Source: Conidiobolus incongruus B7586 (lineage: Eukaryota). From it: a stretch of DNA of 64,000 bases. The notes under the pieces were generated by a model. That model worked only from the letters and a program-made list of their open reading frames with translations, was not told the DNA's origin and searched no databases. The stretch spans positions 1 to 64,000 of the forward strand of contig JNEM01013675.1 of assembly GCA_000697335.1 (NCBI GenBank), written 5' to 3'. The position numbers were made by a program, and so were the translations under genes. This document shows, piece by piece, positions 39,985 through 53,355 of the stretch; the first letter of the stretch is position 1, and every line of letters starts with the position of its first letter.

Positions 39985-40139
39985 TTAAATAATTATTTAG
40001 TAATAAAACTTTATATATTTAAATTCAATACAATAATGTCATAAATTAGATTTGATATTCATTTTTCAAAATACATTTTTGCAAAATAAACATATTTTTT
40101 TGTACTTTATGTGATAAACTTTTAATGATATTTTTTACT

Positions 40140-40810
40140 TTATATTAGTTTAAAAAGAAAGAAATAGTAAAATTTTAACTTCTGATTCTAAACATATTGA
40201 TAGTTGTAGAAAAATAAAATATTTATAAAACATATAAGAGAATTAATATTTTCAAACTATGTATAGAGATTTATAATGTTTTTTCATCAAAATATTTTTT
40301 GTTAAAAATTATAAATAAATTTAGCCATATTTAAATTAACTTATAATTAGCAAAAGTCATTTATTTTAATATCTCTATAACTTAAGCATAAGCCTTTTAA
40401 AGCTATTCAAGGTTTATACACAACTCATAAAAATAATATTTTATCTAAAACTACCATTTATTGTTAAATCTGTTACTTTAAAGATAAAAAGAATAATATT
40501 AAAAATTTTCTTAAATTATAAAGATTAATTTTTATTATTATTTTTTTTCTCTTATTAATAAATTAAAAGAATATATTAAAAGTTGCTTTTTTATTTTAAT
40601 TAAAAAATTATCTAAATAATTTAATATTAATTAAAAGTACATTATATATATTAAAGTTTAAATTTAAATTAATCAATAAAAATATAAAACAAATATTTTA
40701 TAATTAAACTAAAGCTTAAATAAACTAAAGTAGCTATAATTAATTATAATTAAAAGCAAATGCTTTTACACTGAATTATTATAATTAATAAATCTTAAAT
40801 TCCCTTATAA
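40140..40810 (-). mobile_element. Decayed dispersed repeat, probable transposon relic (long copy B, inverted relative to A)
   Basis: Reverse complement aligns with 33740-34360 over several hundred bp. Confidence 0.65.
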
Positions 40811-41238
40811 AATCTTTTATTTAAAAACAAAACAAAACATTAGGTTAAGTTAAAATAACCTCTTATAAATTTTAATAAATATTTTATTTATAAGTAAATG
40901 TTAAATATTGTAATATATTATATTAGTATATAGTATTTTTTAAAGATAAATTAATTAATAATAAAAAATTATTAATTTTTTTATATTATTTATTATATAA
41001 TAATAATTTGATTTAATTTTGATTTTAAAAATTTGCTATTATTTGATTTCTATTCTAATACTTAAAAATGCCTAAGTTATAAACACCAATTACATTGGTT
41101 ATAGACTAATACTCAAATAAATAACATTAGATTTTTCTTTAAATTTTAAATTATATGAGAGTAAAACATCATATATTCTAATTTACATTTACATTTTAAA
41201 TACTGATTTTATTAAGAATATTTAGTTTTAAAAATAAT

Positions 41239-41277
<39 letters not shown>

Positions 41278-41734
41278 GTATTTATTAAAATAAAACTTTC
41301 TATAATTAATAAAAAGTAAAAAAATCTAATTCAAGGATAATAAATAATTATAGTATTTCTCTAGGCAACAATTTATATAAGCCATAATGTTGATTATTAT
41401 TTTAAGATTTATAGAATTATTATTTTAATTGTATATTTCAAAGTTGTTTCAATTTTAATTGTTATCTGTGTACTATATGGTTTCTACTTAAAATATAACG
41501 AATCTACGACATTGTTTATTGTAAAGTATATTATTTTTATAAAACAATTAAAAAGTATGTGCAATGAATTAATCGTCTGAGCTTGATGCTAATTTGAAGG
41601 TTGATCATTTTAAAAGAAATTAGTAAACAATTACTTAATAATTGATTTAAATGAATAATAGTTGTTTTGATATATTTCTTACAGAAATTCTAGGGATTGA
41701 TACATTTGATAGTAAATATCGATATGCATCACCT

Positions 41735-43379
41735 TTAGCTCTTATTATTTTTGTCGACATAAAGGAATTTCCTATTCTTGAAATATTTATCTTTGGTACC
41801 TTCAGGTTTAGGTTGTCTAAGTTCTGGATTTTCCAATTCGATACCTTGTGCAGGAGTAAATGACAGAGAGGTAGTAAACCCAGAAGCATTGGCAGTAGCA
41901 TTCATAATTGTTTTGTGGCGCTTATTAATTGTACCCTTAATACGAGGATCTGCAACAGCTGCTCTGACTTTGCCGTTACTGGTACCAATCATACCAAGTC
42001 CTTCAGAGGAATCAATGCCCATGGCTTCTTCTTCGGCGACACCAAATGCCATACGGTTTCGAGCTTTTTGAAGTTCGGTGATTGCATACGCTTCTTTAGC
42101 TTTGCGAATTCTGCGACCTGCTCTACGTTTCTTGGGGCCATCATCTGGTACAGGTAAAGCTTTGACGTTTTTGCTAGGTGGTGGTTCAATTAAACGCTCC
42201 ATTCGTTTATCTGCTTCCTCACGGAATTTACGGCCAACGGAACCATCAGGTGCTTCTTGAGAAAGATCAATTCTGGCTGCTAATGCGCACCTATATAATG
42301 TTCAGTATAAATGAATAAATGATCTCAGTTTAATGTAAAAACTTACTTGGCTGAGAGAATTCTCACAAATTTGTTTCTCAAATCTGGTGGACTGGCCTGA
42401 ATAATTGGTGCACTATAAATGAGACCTTCGTGGGCTTTATTGCTCACTCTAGATAGACCAGTTGCAACTAATCGATTGGCACCCAGTGTTTGAATGTTAC
42501 AGGATGGAATTTTACATAAAGCAGCGATACCACCAGCTACACCCATTAGTTTAGCTGCTGTTCTAGTGCCTATAATAGCGGAAAGGTTAGGCGCAATAAA
42601 TGTCATACGAGATTCAACATAATTAAGGATTTTGGTTCTATCATCGTCTAGATCTAGGGCAAGTTGAGCAGCTTCTAATATATGTGCTAACTGTGTCTCG
42701 GAGAGGGGTTTACCAACCGTGGCAGCTCCTTGAATGTTGACAATCATGATAGTTCCAGAAGGTAAAATCGGCTTCAAATCAACTTTACTCAAATCCATTT
42801 CATTGCCAATCGCTTTAACTGTTCTTGCATAATCTAAAGGATTAGGGACTAATTGTTCCAATTCAGGGAAACGCGCAGCGTAATGATCTCTAAGATACTA
42901 TAAAATTCAAGGTTAATATGGCCAAAATTATTGAAACTAATAATAAAAATATACCTTATGAATAACTACAATTTCATTATCTATTTCAACAGTTAAATTG
43001 TTTGCAGAAATAATTAACTGGTATTCTGGATCTTGTTCTATAGTACTTGTGAGCTGTAAATTATGTTCTTTAGGTTGCTCATTAATTTTCTATAAAAGAA
43101 AAATTAATTAAATGAATATACGTAAATTTAAAATATGTATAATACCTTCATAATATCTTGATAATTTTCAGTAAATTTTAATTTTGAAATTTTATGAATA
43201 CTTTTAATAATTTCGTCTTTAGTATTAGTGTTATTAGTAGTATCATTAGTGACGGTTTTTGTGTTATTAACTAAATCGTATGAATTGAATTTAGATTCTG
43301 TAGCTGGGGTTTCATTAGTTTGTTCTGTTTCGGATTCATCAGAATCTAAGTTGGCTAATAAATCATCAATATCAGACAT
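41735..43379 (-). CDS. PRP31: U4/U6 snRNP protein Prp31 (4 exons)
   Basis: DPEYQLIISANNLTVEIDNEI; YAARFPELEQLVPNPLDY; Nop domain (FIAPNLSAIIG...KIPSCNIQ); C-terminal KKRRAGRRIRKAK...ARNRMAFG and SLSFTPAQGIEL. Introns at ~43145-43090, ~42955-42898 and ~42346-42292. Confidence 0.95.
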
Positions 43380-43938
43380 TATAGAATACAATTAATCTAT
43401 TACAAATAATAATTTTTAATATTTAAGAATTTGTGCCAATTGAAATCTAAATTTTATAACCATAATTAAAGCCATAGCTATTATGGGATTATATTTTCCA
43501 ATCTGTTCTATTTGACAATACCAAAATTTAAAAAATGTACTTAATAATTATATATAATTATTGGGTAAATTTTTAGATAATTGTATTATTAAATCAATGT
43601 AAATGATTGAATTTCAATGCTTGATTATTCTCTATAACGAAAAATAACAATGTATTTAAACTTGCCTAATTTCAATTTAAAACAAAATTAAATACAATCT
43701 ACTTGTATTACTAAGTTATAAAGTAATGAATTTGTTCACTACTCGGTCATATTATTCTTAAAATTTTCATACTAGTGTGTTTAAATACGAATGTTAAATC
43801 AATCCTCATATTCAGTTTATTCGTGTTTATAATGTAGTAATTATTGATGATTAGAATATTTGGCTATATAGTAACCAAAAATACTAATACAATTAGGTTA
43901 ATCATGATTGAATTTATTAATTCGATGAAGTTTATAAA

Positions 43939-45308
43939 TTATTGCTTATTAACATTCAAATCACTCAATGGGATATATTTCTCATCTATTAATTTGGCTA
44001 ATTCTTCCTTTCTAAAATTCCAATATTTGGCTCTGATAATATCTCTCTTGGTCAATTGTTCAGCCAACTAAAATTATTATTGTTAAAATAGTCAATAATC
44101 AAAACGATCAAACTAAATACCTGTAGAGCCAATTGGCCATGATCTTGATTTTGGGTAGATTTGAATGATTCTACATATGTTTCAAATTCAAAATCTGCAA
44201 AAAATTTGGAAGAAATAGGGGGAGTTTGTGATTTGATGGTATCAATTGCTTCCAGTAACTTTGGTAAAGAATTTTCTTTGAAATAATGTCGAATTATGCT
44301 AAATCATATAATATTAATATTTTTCATTGATATAATAAAATGTTATATAGTACGAGGGTAAATAGTTCCATGAGCATTCATTATGAGGAGCCAATTGTAT
44401 CTTAGAAATGGTATATCTATTTAAATATTTAATAAACAATTGATGGATTAAAATAACAATATATTAATTACTTGATTTCACTTTCTAAAATTTCATCAGT
44501 GAGTTTTTTGGGACGTTGTGTTAATATATAAAATCTTTGATTCCAAGCAGAGTTATTTCTAATATCAGATTCAATCATTTCATTAACGAATTCTAATTCA
44601 TCATCCCATGTATTAAATGTTCTAACCACCCATTGACTAATTTTTTGGAAATAAATTAAATCATAGCATTATTAAGTTGAATATAATAATTACCTATAAC
44701 TCCAAGCATGAAAATTTTTAGAATCCTCCTCCAATACATTTCTTAAGAATTTTCTTTCAAACTTAGATTCCTTTAAATGTCCAATTACAAATTGGCGATA
44801 TTGCCTTCAAAAAAAATTAATTCAATATGCAATATTTCTAAAATATTAAATATTCACCATAATTGATAACATTTTGGATTTTCTTCAACCAAATTATTTA
44901 AAAATTCCAACTCTTTCAATAAGTCTATCTTTAAATTTAATATCAACTTCTGTCTATATAGCCTAGTGCAAACATTAACTCAAGTTTGTTATATGACATT
45001 AAGTTTGAATAATACCAAACAGTATAATGAGCTGGATTTAAACGGATCACTTCTTCAGTAAGCTTTAAAGCTCTTTCACTCTGTTCATCTTTTTGAACAA
45101 TCGCTCGAAAGTAATCCATCGTATTTTTATCTAAGAACAAGTTTTAAAATTGATTTTAAATACATATTATGTTAAAGATATTACATTCATGCGAATAAGC
45201 AATTGGGACTATAGGATTAGGACCTTCGTCTTGCTCAATAGGAACAATATCACTCCATTCTGGGCGCTCGTTGAATGGAACGAATTCTTCATATTTCGTT
45301 TCTGCCAT
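43939..45308 (-). CDS. RAM2: Protein farnesyltransferase/geranylgeranyltransferase-I alpha subunit, multi-exon
   Basis: RPEWSDIVPIEQDEGPNPIVPIAY; MDYFRAI...LNPAHYTVW; PPTA repeats (DSKNFHAWSY, DIRNNSAWNQRF, PHNECSWNY); ends DIIRAKYWNF. Confidence 0.93.
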
Positions 45309-45583
45309 ATTATAATAAAATAATTCTTAAATAGTTAAATTTCAACGATTATCTGATGTCACAAACTCAAATGTTAAATTGATATGAATTGATTTTATTT
45401 TTGTGGGACTATCTAGTGCAGGTTAACTAAATCTATAAAAATTATAAATAATGTTTTATTTTGAATTGATGTAACAATTTAACTATACTTATAATATTTA
45501 AAAAAGCTGATAAAAATAGATTCGATGAATTTATTATTTTTGCCAATATGATCATTAAATGAAGAAATACGATTAGTTATTGA

Positions 45584-48500
45584 CTAATTCCAATCATTCA
45601 CATTTTCAAATACTTTACCATAGCAAGTGAAGAAGAGAGGGAAGAATGGCGATAACTGATCTAATCTCATACGTATAATATCCTGAATGGGTCTCAAAAA
45701 TCCTTTCATTTGTTTCAGTTTTTGTTTGGATGGAAGAGTAAATTCGAATTGATTAGATAGTTCCAAGTCGACATTATTATTCGTGAATTGAATGTATGCC
45801 CAGATCGATTTGTTAAGAATTTGTCCAATTTCAATACATGTAAGCTCGGGTGTCATATGGTAAAGGTAGTTAAGTGGGGAAGTGATGAGGTTCGATTGAG
45901 TTAAGCATAGAATAAGTCTTTGAGTCAAATATAAATATACTGGAAAATCTCTCGTGGTCGATTTTTTGATACTTTGACCTTCAAATCGTCCTTTACTATT
46001 CCAGAAAGAGGTTAGAGAAACCAGTAAAGTTAGGAAAATTTTGGAAGTTTTAGCCAATAGTTCTTTGTGGGTAGTTGATAGTAGTAAAAATTCTATCAGG
46101 TAAGGATGCGTAATAAATTTGTTCAAAAGTTCCCATTCAGGAATAGCTAATGGAATTATGGTATATTTCTTTTTAAATAGATCAAAATCTCCTTTGTTAA
46201 ATGGCGTGCATTGATATTGGATTGCGAGGTATCGAATAAAAACGCTATAGATCATTGGAGAATCATTGAACATTTTCAAGACATTAAGAAGATCATTGAG
46301 ATTGGCGAATTGCTCATTGGTCGGATTGGGAAACTGTGGGAAATAGCAAGAAGAATTTGTTTCCTTGAGCTGATTTCGGTAATTCTTTTTGTACCTTGGA
46401 AGATCTGTATGCATAGCTCCTGTTCCACGATCTGAAATAGCAAATTCTCTATTAGCTTGTAGAAGACTAATTGTCATGGGTTCTATCAATGGCAAATTGG
46501 TTATAGAGTTTTGCGACTCGATATGGGAGAATAGTTGATCAACAAACAATGATGCAATATGTTCACTGCAACCTTTTTGACTAAGAATATAAAATAATTG
46601 CTTAGTGGATTGAAACAAAGGACTTGGTTCATGATTTAATTTATATTGAACCCTTTGGTTAAAGGAATCAAATAAACAATCTACAGCGAATTTAACTATC
46701 CTTTTCATGGATATTAGAGAGATATTGTTTTGAAATTTCAAGAATAATAAGGTGAGGATAATACCGTGATGCCGAGTGTTCATGTCAAGTTTAGACACAT
46801 AATTAAGTAAAACACTACAATCAAAGAGGTTATTATGTTCTAATGGGAATTTTCTAGATGCGAATAAAAACGTAAAACTTTCGAGAGCTTGATTTTGAAG
46901 AGATGGATCGAGTTGTTTGAATTGATGAGACCACTTCGCGAGAACTAACTGAGTTTTATCGATTGGATAAGAAGCATTATGTGTATTAGATTCGATGATT
47001 AAATTCATTAATGGATTGTATAAAGTTTGTCCTAACGGGTGGTAATGGTACTCGGGAATACTGACATCGTTAATAAATTGATTAAAGAATCCGGGTGATT
47101 GCAACTGGTGTGCTAGATTAAATAATGCTTCGAACAGTTCAGTACGAGAAGATGCAAAATCCTGCTCATGTAAAGCCATTCTAGATCTAGTATGTGATAG
47201 TATTGATTGTGTATGGCTGTAAATTGTAGCAAGCTGTTCATAAGATGATAGTGGGTCCAAAGTTTGGTCTGTAGGAAGACGACGGGTTTTTGAAGAATGT
47301 ACCTGTACTTGTTTAGATATATTACAAACTAACTCGTAACTGACATCTAATAAATTGTTAATGTACTCTTTCAGCTTATTTGTCAAGGTGTCATTCTTGC
47401 TATCAAGCTGTTGATATATATTTTGAATCGATTGAATGACTCGATCCAAATAAACTATCAACCAATATGCATCTCTTATTACAATGTTGATGTATTTAGA
47501 ATCACCTAAGTTACAATAATAAAAGGATGAGGGATCCCCAAGAGCTTTTACTAGTATGCTACCGGTATTAGAATCTTTGATTGCAGGAATAAAAAATCCT
47601 ATAAAGTTCTCGTTAATATAAGGTATTATACTATCTTCGATGGATTTGAGAGAAAACATTTCCAATCCATATCTTAAAACACCTATATATGATGTTAATA
47701 TTTGTATATTGTAAATAAACACTTGTTTACCATAAAAACAGTGAGGAAGAGCTTTCATGGCATATATAAATGAATAAAGTAATTCATATCCAACATCTAT
47801 TCACGCGTAAGATATATGTAATATACATTTTAAATGAACAATTTACCAGAATAATCTGAATTAGCAGAATCTATTTGTTGACTATAGTTAAGCTTTATAA
47901 CGACATGCATAAGGGCCAAAAAAGTCTGAACCACTGATTGACTAAATCTCTGATCGTGTTGATTATTTCTTATGAGAAGTGCCAAATCTAATTTTGCAAA
48001 AAGTCGATGTGATTCGTCCGATTGGTTATCAGATTTGTCGGCATGGACCATTTGTATTAAATAAAGAGCCAACATCTTGTTGGGTGAACATTGTATTAGA
48101 TAATTCGCTAGCCATAGAAGATTTTTGGTTGGATCACTACTTTTACAGTTACTATCCAAAATAAACTAGACCCAAATTTTAATTTTCAAAAGATGCTTAA
48201 CCATTAATTGAAAAATTTTACCTGATAAACTATGTTTGGAATGAATGCTTGCCTTAATGTCTCGGGAATAATATCCAAAATGATTTTGGAGAATGATTCA
48301 TTTAATCTGACATCATGTAGCTCTTGTTTGATATTGAATTGGTCTAGATGAGTTTGGCAAGATAAATATGATTTATTTTGCCACTCTTTTTGATAGTGGA
48401 AGTCGAGTGCTTTACAAGTTTGTAAATTAACATAACTTTGTGTATCAAACGTTAGAACTAATAGCATCTGAATATAGTCCATACTAAATAGCCATTAGTA

Positions 48501-49109
48501 TAGAATCAAAAGAGTGATTAGATTAATTTACCTTGTAGTTGAGGAATCATCCAATCTCATTTTAATATTATTATTAGTGAGAATAATATTAAATAATAAA
48601 AAGTTATTATCCATTAGCTTAATGAGATAAATAATTAAATTTGAATTGAAGAAGTTATTTAATTTTAACTCCTGTATTTTGGAAATTCTTTCATAAAGTT
48701 TAAACGTTTGTAAATCTAGATCCAAATGTTAGTTCTGTAAAGTTTTATGTTGTCAAGAATCTCACGTACCGGCGATATCAACATCATCGTTTTCTGATAG
48801 ATATTGTAAAATTATCTAGACGCAGATTAATTGACATTAAACTATTAAAAGGAAAAAAAATCTTACCAATATCCATTGCTTCCATAATTGAACTAATTGT
48901 TCAAGTAGACACCAATCAAACTGAAATTCTTCCCTACATTCGGCAGATTGATGGAACTTTAATACAAAATCAAAAAATGGATTTTGTATCTCCAAAAATA
49001 AGTTGTTTAATTTAGTTTGAAATGTGAATTTATCTTGTAAAGTAAGCTGAGAAATTGAAGAGAATTCATCAAGCAATTGTTTTAGATTTTCGGCGGTAGG
49101 TAGTCCCAT
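45584..49109 (-). CDS. INTS5: Integrator complex subunit 5-like protein, multi-exon
   Basis: Spliced gene from the ATG at 49109. The C-terminal part resembles animal INTS5: KFITHPYLIEFL, LLVSLTSFWNS, PVYLYLTQRLILCLTQSNLITSPLNYLYHMTPELTCIEIGQILNKSIWAYIQ, IQDIIRMRLDQLSPFFPLF. VLRYGLEMF resembles the N-terminal VLSCGLKDF. Confidence 0.7.
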
Positions 49110-49615
49110 TATAAAAATAATTCAAATTAATAAGTTAGCAATTAATAAAATCAGTTCATTTAATGAATGCTAATTCAATATTTAATTGCAATGTAATTGG
49201 GACTATTATCATCAATTTAAGATATTTTCATTTTGTTTTTCATTATGGGATTAAGTGTGTGAAATTCATTTGACAAATTCAGTCGAAATATCCCTTCTAA
49301 TGTGTGAAATCAAACGCAAAACTACAAAGTTAAAGAACTAAGAGTGTATGGTAATCTTTTCATAAGTTTGTTAATGGCTGAGATAATCAAATTATCCCCC
49401 TCCCTTTTAATCATGACAAAGTCAAATCAACTTTTATATTAAACTGATTTTTGATGTTGACATAATCAATAATAATTTAAACTCAAAATAATGTTGTTTA
49501 AATTAGTGTGATTAAACTAATAATGAGTACTTTGTGTAATAAAGTATATTGAATGATATGAGGATATCATTTGAAATTGAATTATATGATTGATTGAATG
49601 ATTTGTGACTATTGA

Positions 49616-49642
49616 GATAATGTGATAATGTGATAATGTGAT
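49616..49642. repeat. 8-bp tandem repeat (GATAATGT)x3 plus a partial copy
   Basis: gataatgt gataatgt gataatgt gat, between the divergent INTS5-like and DH-PH genes. Confidence 0.8.
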
Positions 49643-50359
49643 TGCATTATTAATCATGATTTACAGTAAAGATGATGAATATATCATATAATATTTTAAA
49701 TGATACTTTTGAAATAAAACTTCAATTGAAATTATCACATGCTTGAGTAATAATTTATATTAATTTTTGATTATCAAGATATTTTCGTTAAAATTAATAT
49801 ATTCATAATGTATATTTAACTAAATGTAATAAATTCTATTAATTTATCATGGATAATTATGAAACGTAATTAAAATTAATAGAGATATTGAAATAAATTC
49901 ATGAATCGAAATTTTATTGGATTAATATTGAATTTAATGAATTATCCGATTCATATTTCAAAATTTAATCTAAAAAATTTTGAAACGTTACAAGCTTAAA
50001 TTAAATCACTTCATTCAGCTAAGGTTAGAATCGCAGACTACGGTTGATTGGTATTAACTATGACATTTATTAGTTTTAAATCTCCAATCTGATACTTGTG
50101 GTGTAGTCATTTAAATATCACTACATCTGCCATTCTGTTCAGTTTTTTTAATTAATTTGCTTTTATCAAGCTGATTTAGGGTTGCTATCATAATTCGCTC
50201 TCTATTTCTTTATAAATTGTAAGATTTCTTGGCTTTTTACTATTCTTAATTTTTTTTGTTTTCTATTCATTCTTATTATTTGCCTTGATTAAACTTGAGA
50301 GTTAGTATTTTTATCAAGTTCGATTACAAGGTTAACAGCTTGAGATATTATCCAACAAA

Positions 50360-53355
50360 ATGACTTTAGAAAAATCTCCATTTTTTAATAATATTAAAGT
50401 ATCTAAATTTAACAATTCCAATAGCCAATCTGAGACATCAGCATCAACATCAATTTTTCATTCGAAGCTCAAGTCTTTGAATTTATCTAAAGATAAAGAA
50501 AGTCAAGATTCAGGGAATTGTTCACAATTGATTAACCCTCAATTGGATAAAAATCAATTTAAAAATAATATTAAAAAAATGGTATATCATTGAGCTTAAT
50601 ATATAAAATGATTATTTTACCAACACTATTATATTTGCTATTTTAGGCGAATGGCTCTTTGCTTAGTAAACTCAAGGTATATAATTCATTTGATTCATTT
50701 ATTGAATGCAAGCTAATGGATATTTATATAGCCTAATTCCCATAGTCGTTCTGGTTCAAGTTCATCATCAAGCTATTCCAAGTTCAAAAAGAAAACATCT
50801 CCTGAAGTGCGGACAATTGGTGAATTCGTTGAACAAGAACAAAAATTTTTACATGAGCTATCAAAATTTCATGAAGTAAGATTAATATCAATTAATTATT
50901 GTTTTTTAATTTCAGGGAATATATTATTAATTATAATTTATTATCTTAGAAATATTTAATGCCTATTGTGAATCCAAATAATGCTAATCCCACTATTATC
51001 GCATCATATCAAGAGCAATACCTTCTATTATTAACTTTATCAGATTCACTCGTTATAATCAAGCAACATCACACATCTTTATGGTTTCAAATGAAAAACT
51101 TGGATCCTAACCAGAATATCAATACTTCTCAACAAGTTAGTTACATCATTTCTCAATGTGTGCAAGACGTTGAGCCTGTTTATAAAGACTATTGTCAATC
51201 ATTTTTCCAAACATATCAAGCTTTCTGTCAGTTGAGACCTCTCGTTAAGGCCACAGCGAATATTCATGTGGGTGATAGGACTTTAAATGGCCCACAGCTA
51301 TTTTTATACCGGCCATTGGACAGATTACTATCATATAAAAAACAAATTATAAAGATAGAAAAGAGTCTACACGATAAAAGCGGATCTGATGAAGCTGAGT
51401 ACACAAAATCAACACATTGTAAGGATAATATGACGGCTCCTTCATCTCAAGATCTCGAGCAATTACTAGAATCCTCTTTTACCGAATATAACGAATTAGA
51501 GAAATTGAAGAAGTTGGAAAAAATGTTGCAAGTTGCAGATAGATCAATTCATCTGAGTGATCAACACCGAAAATTGATATTGGAGACCAAATTTTCTGTT
51601 GTAAGCTGTAAATTGATATCAAATGATACTACTACTGCATTTCTTGCTCCCAAAAAAGTTCTTGGAATTCTATTAACTGATCGACTCATATTAATCACAA
51701 ACGATTCTCGGGGGATCACGAAAAGGGATAGGATCTTGATCAACTTGGAAAGAGTTGATTTACTAGATGTACAGTCTAATTCATTATGCGTTGCATTATC
51801 TCTTCCTGGTACGATCGATATTACATTATTATCTCCCAGTCAAGACTTAAGGGATCAATGGTTAGACAATATAAGTCTAGTACAACAAAATCAGAAAATG
51901 TTTTACTCGAAGGTTACATCATTGTCTACTCTCAAATTCTCCCAAATCTACAGTCCAAAAACAACTCCTGCAGATGATTTCGAAACAGATCAAACCGATT
52001 CAGGTAGAGCCTCTTCAGACTGTCCAACCACTTCTTCTATGTGTCCACCACTATCAAATAATCCAGATAGCTCATCAACCACATCAGATGACCAAACGGA
52101 AATTAGCGAGCCAACTACTCCTAAAATGGAAAAGGTACATCCTCGGAAGCAGCATGAGTGCCATAGTAAGAGAACAAGTTCCGCTGTAGTACCAGAAAAT
52201 GAAAAGATTGATATTGAAATAACTGGTATCCCTTGTTATTTGTCACGACCTTGTTTATTATTTACTTTGCATGGAGGCAATTCAACTTGGACTTCAATGG
52301 GTAGCTGTATTGTAGAAATAAGGCGGCAAGCTGGTAATGATCCTAGTTTCTTGTGTATTCGTTCCCATCCGTCTAAGCATATCATTGCTCGGCTACCGAT
52401 TTTGGCGAAACCTCAGTTTTTGGCACAAATGATTGATGATGATATGATAGAGATTCAAGTAAAAGGTAGCAACTTTTACAGATTTAGCGAAGAGGACTAT
52501 AACGAAGCAAAGCAAATGATCAGCATGATCGAGATCGAGCAAGGAAAAATAAGAGAGTCAAGATTTGGCACGGGTGATTTTGAATCTATTGATTCTAAGA
52601 GATTTTCTATTAGTACTGTAGGAACAGATTCTCCTTCAGTGATGGCATATAGTCGAAGCAATAGCATAGATCAAAATTTCAGATATATAGAAAGTCCGAA
52701 GTCCAGTTCAATAATCAGTAATGATAGTATCGAATCCGCTGCAACTGATCCTCGTGTTTCTTTAACTCGTTCTTCTTCTCGACGAGCAGTGCCTTCTACG
52801 CCAAGATCTGCTAGCTTAATGCCAAGAGAACTTTCTCATCAGCCTTCAATGACGTCAGTTGTATCACACCCCAGTTTAGTCCAAGGTAATCAACCAAAAG
52901 CGACTATCACTACATCTTGCTTAATTAATATACCCTGTAAATTCTTCGCACAAGATACAACCAATGGGGCTGGAGGAAAATGGATGAGAGTAGGACATAC
53001 TCAGCTGACATTATTTAAAGAAACCAAAACATATGACATCAGTGCACCCATGTCAATAACTCGACCAGCACCTTCGAACTCTCGAAATGTAAGAAATACC
53101 ATAAAGTTAGTTGTAGAAACTATAGAAAACCCTAGTAAAAATAAGCCATCACTCAAAATCATTTCATGTACCCATCACAATTTAAGAGCCGAGTTGAGTG
53201 GTAAGCGAGGAATCAATCGCAAGATTGCATTATTAGTAGAAGATAAGTACCATCGAATCCGAACGTATTTAATCCAGGTCAAGGATAAGGGAATAGCCGA
53301 TGAAATAATGTATTGGATCGTGAGAGTACCTCAACAAGATCCCACTTATGCTTAG
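50360..53355 (+). CDS. DH-PH (RhoGEF-like) protein with additional PH-fold-like C-terminal domains, 4 exons
   Basis: Exons at ~50360-50581, 50648-50676, 50732-50876 and 50951-53355. DH-like start TIGEFVEQEQKFLHELSKFHEKYLMPI and end FLYRPLDRLLSYKK; PH-like GILLTDRLIL...RDQWLDNI. Confidence 0.65.
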
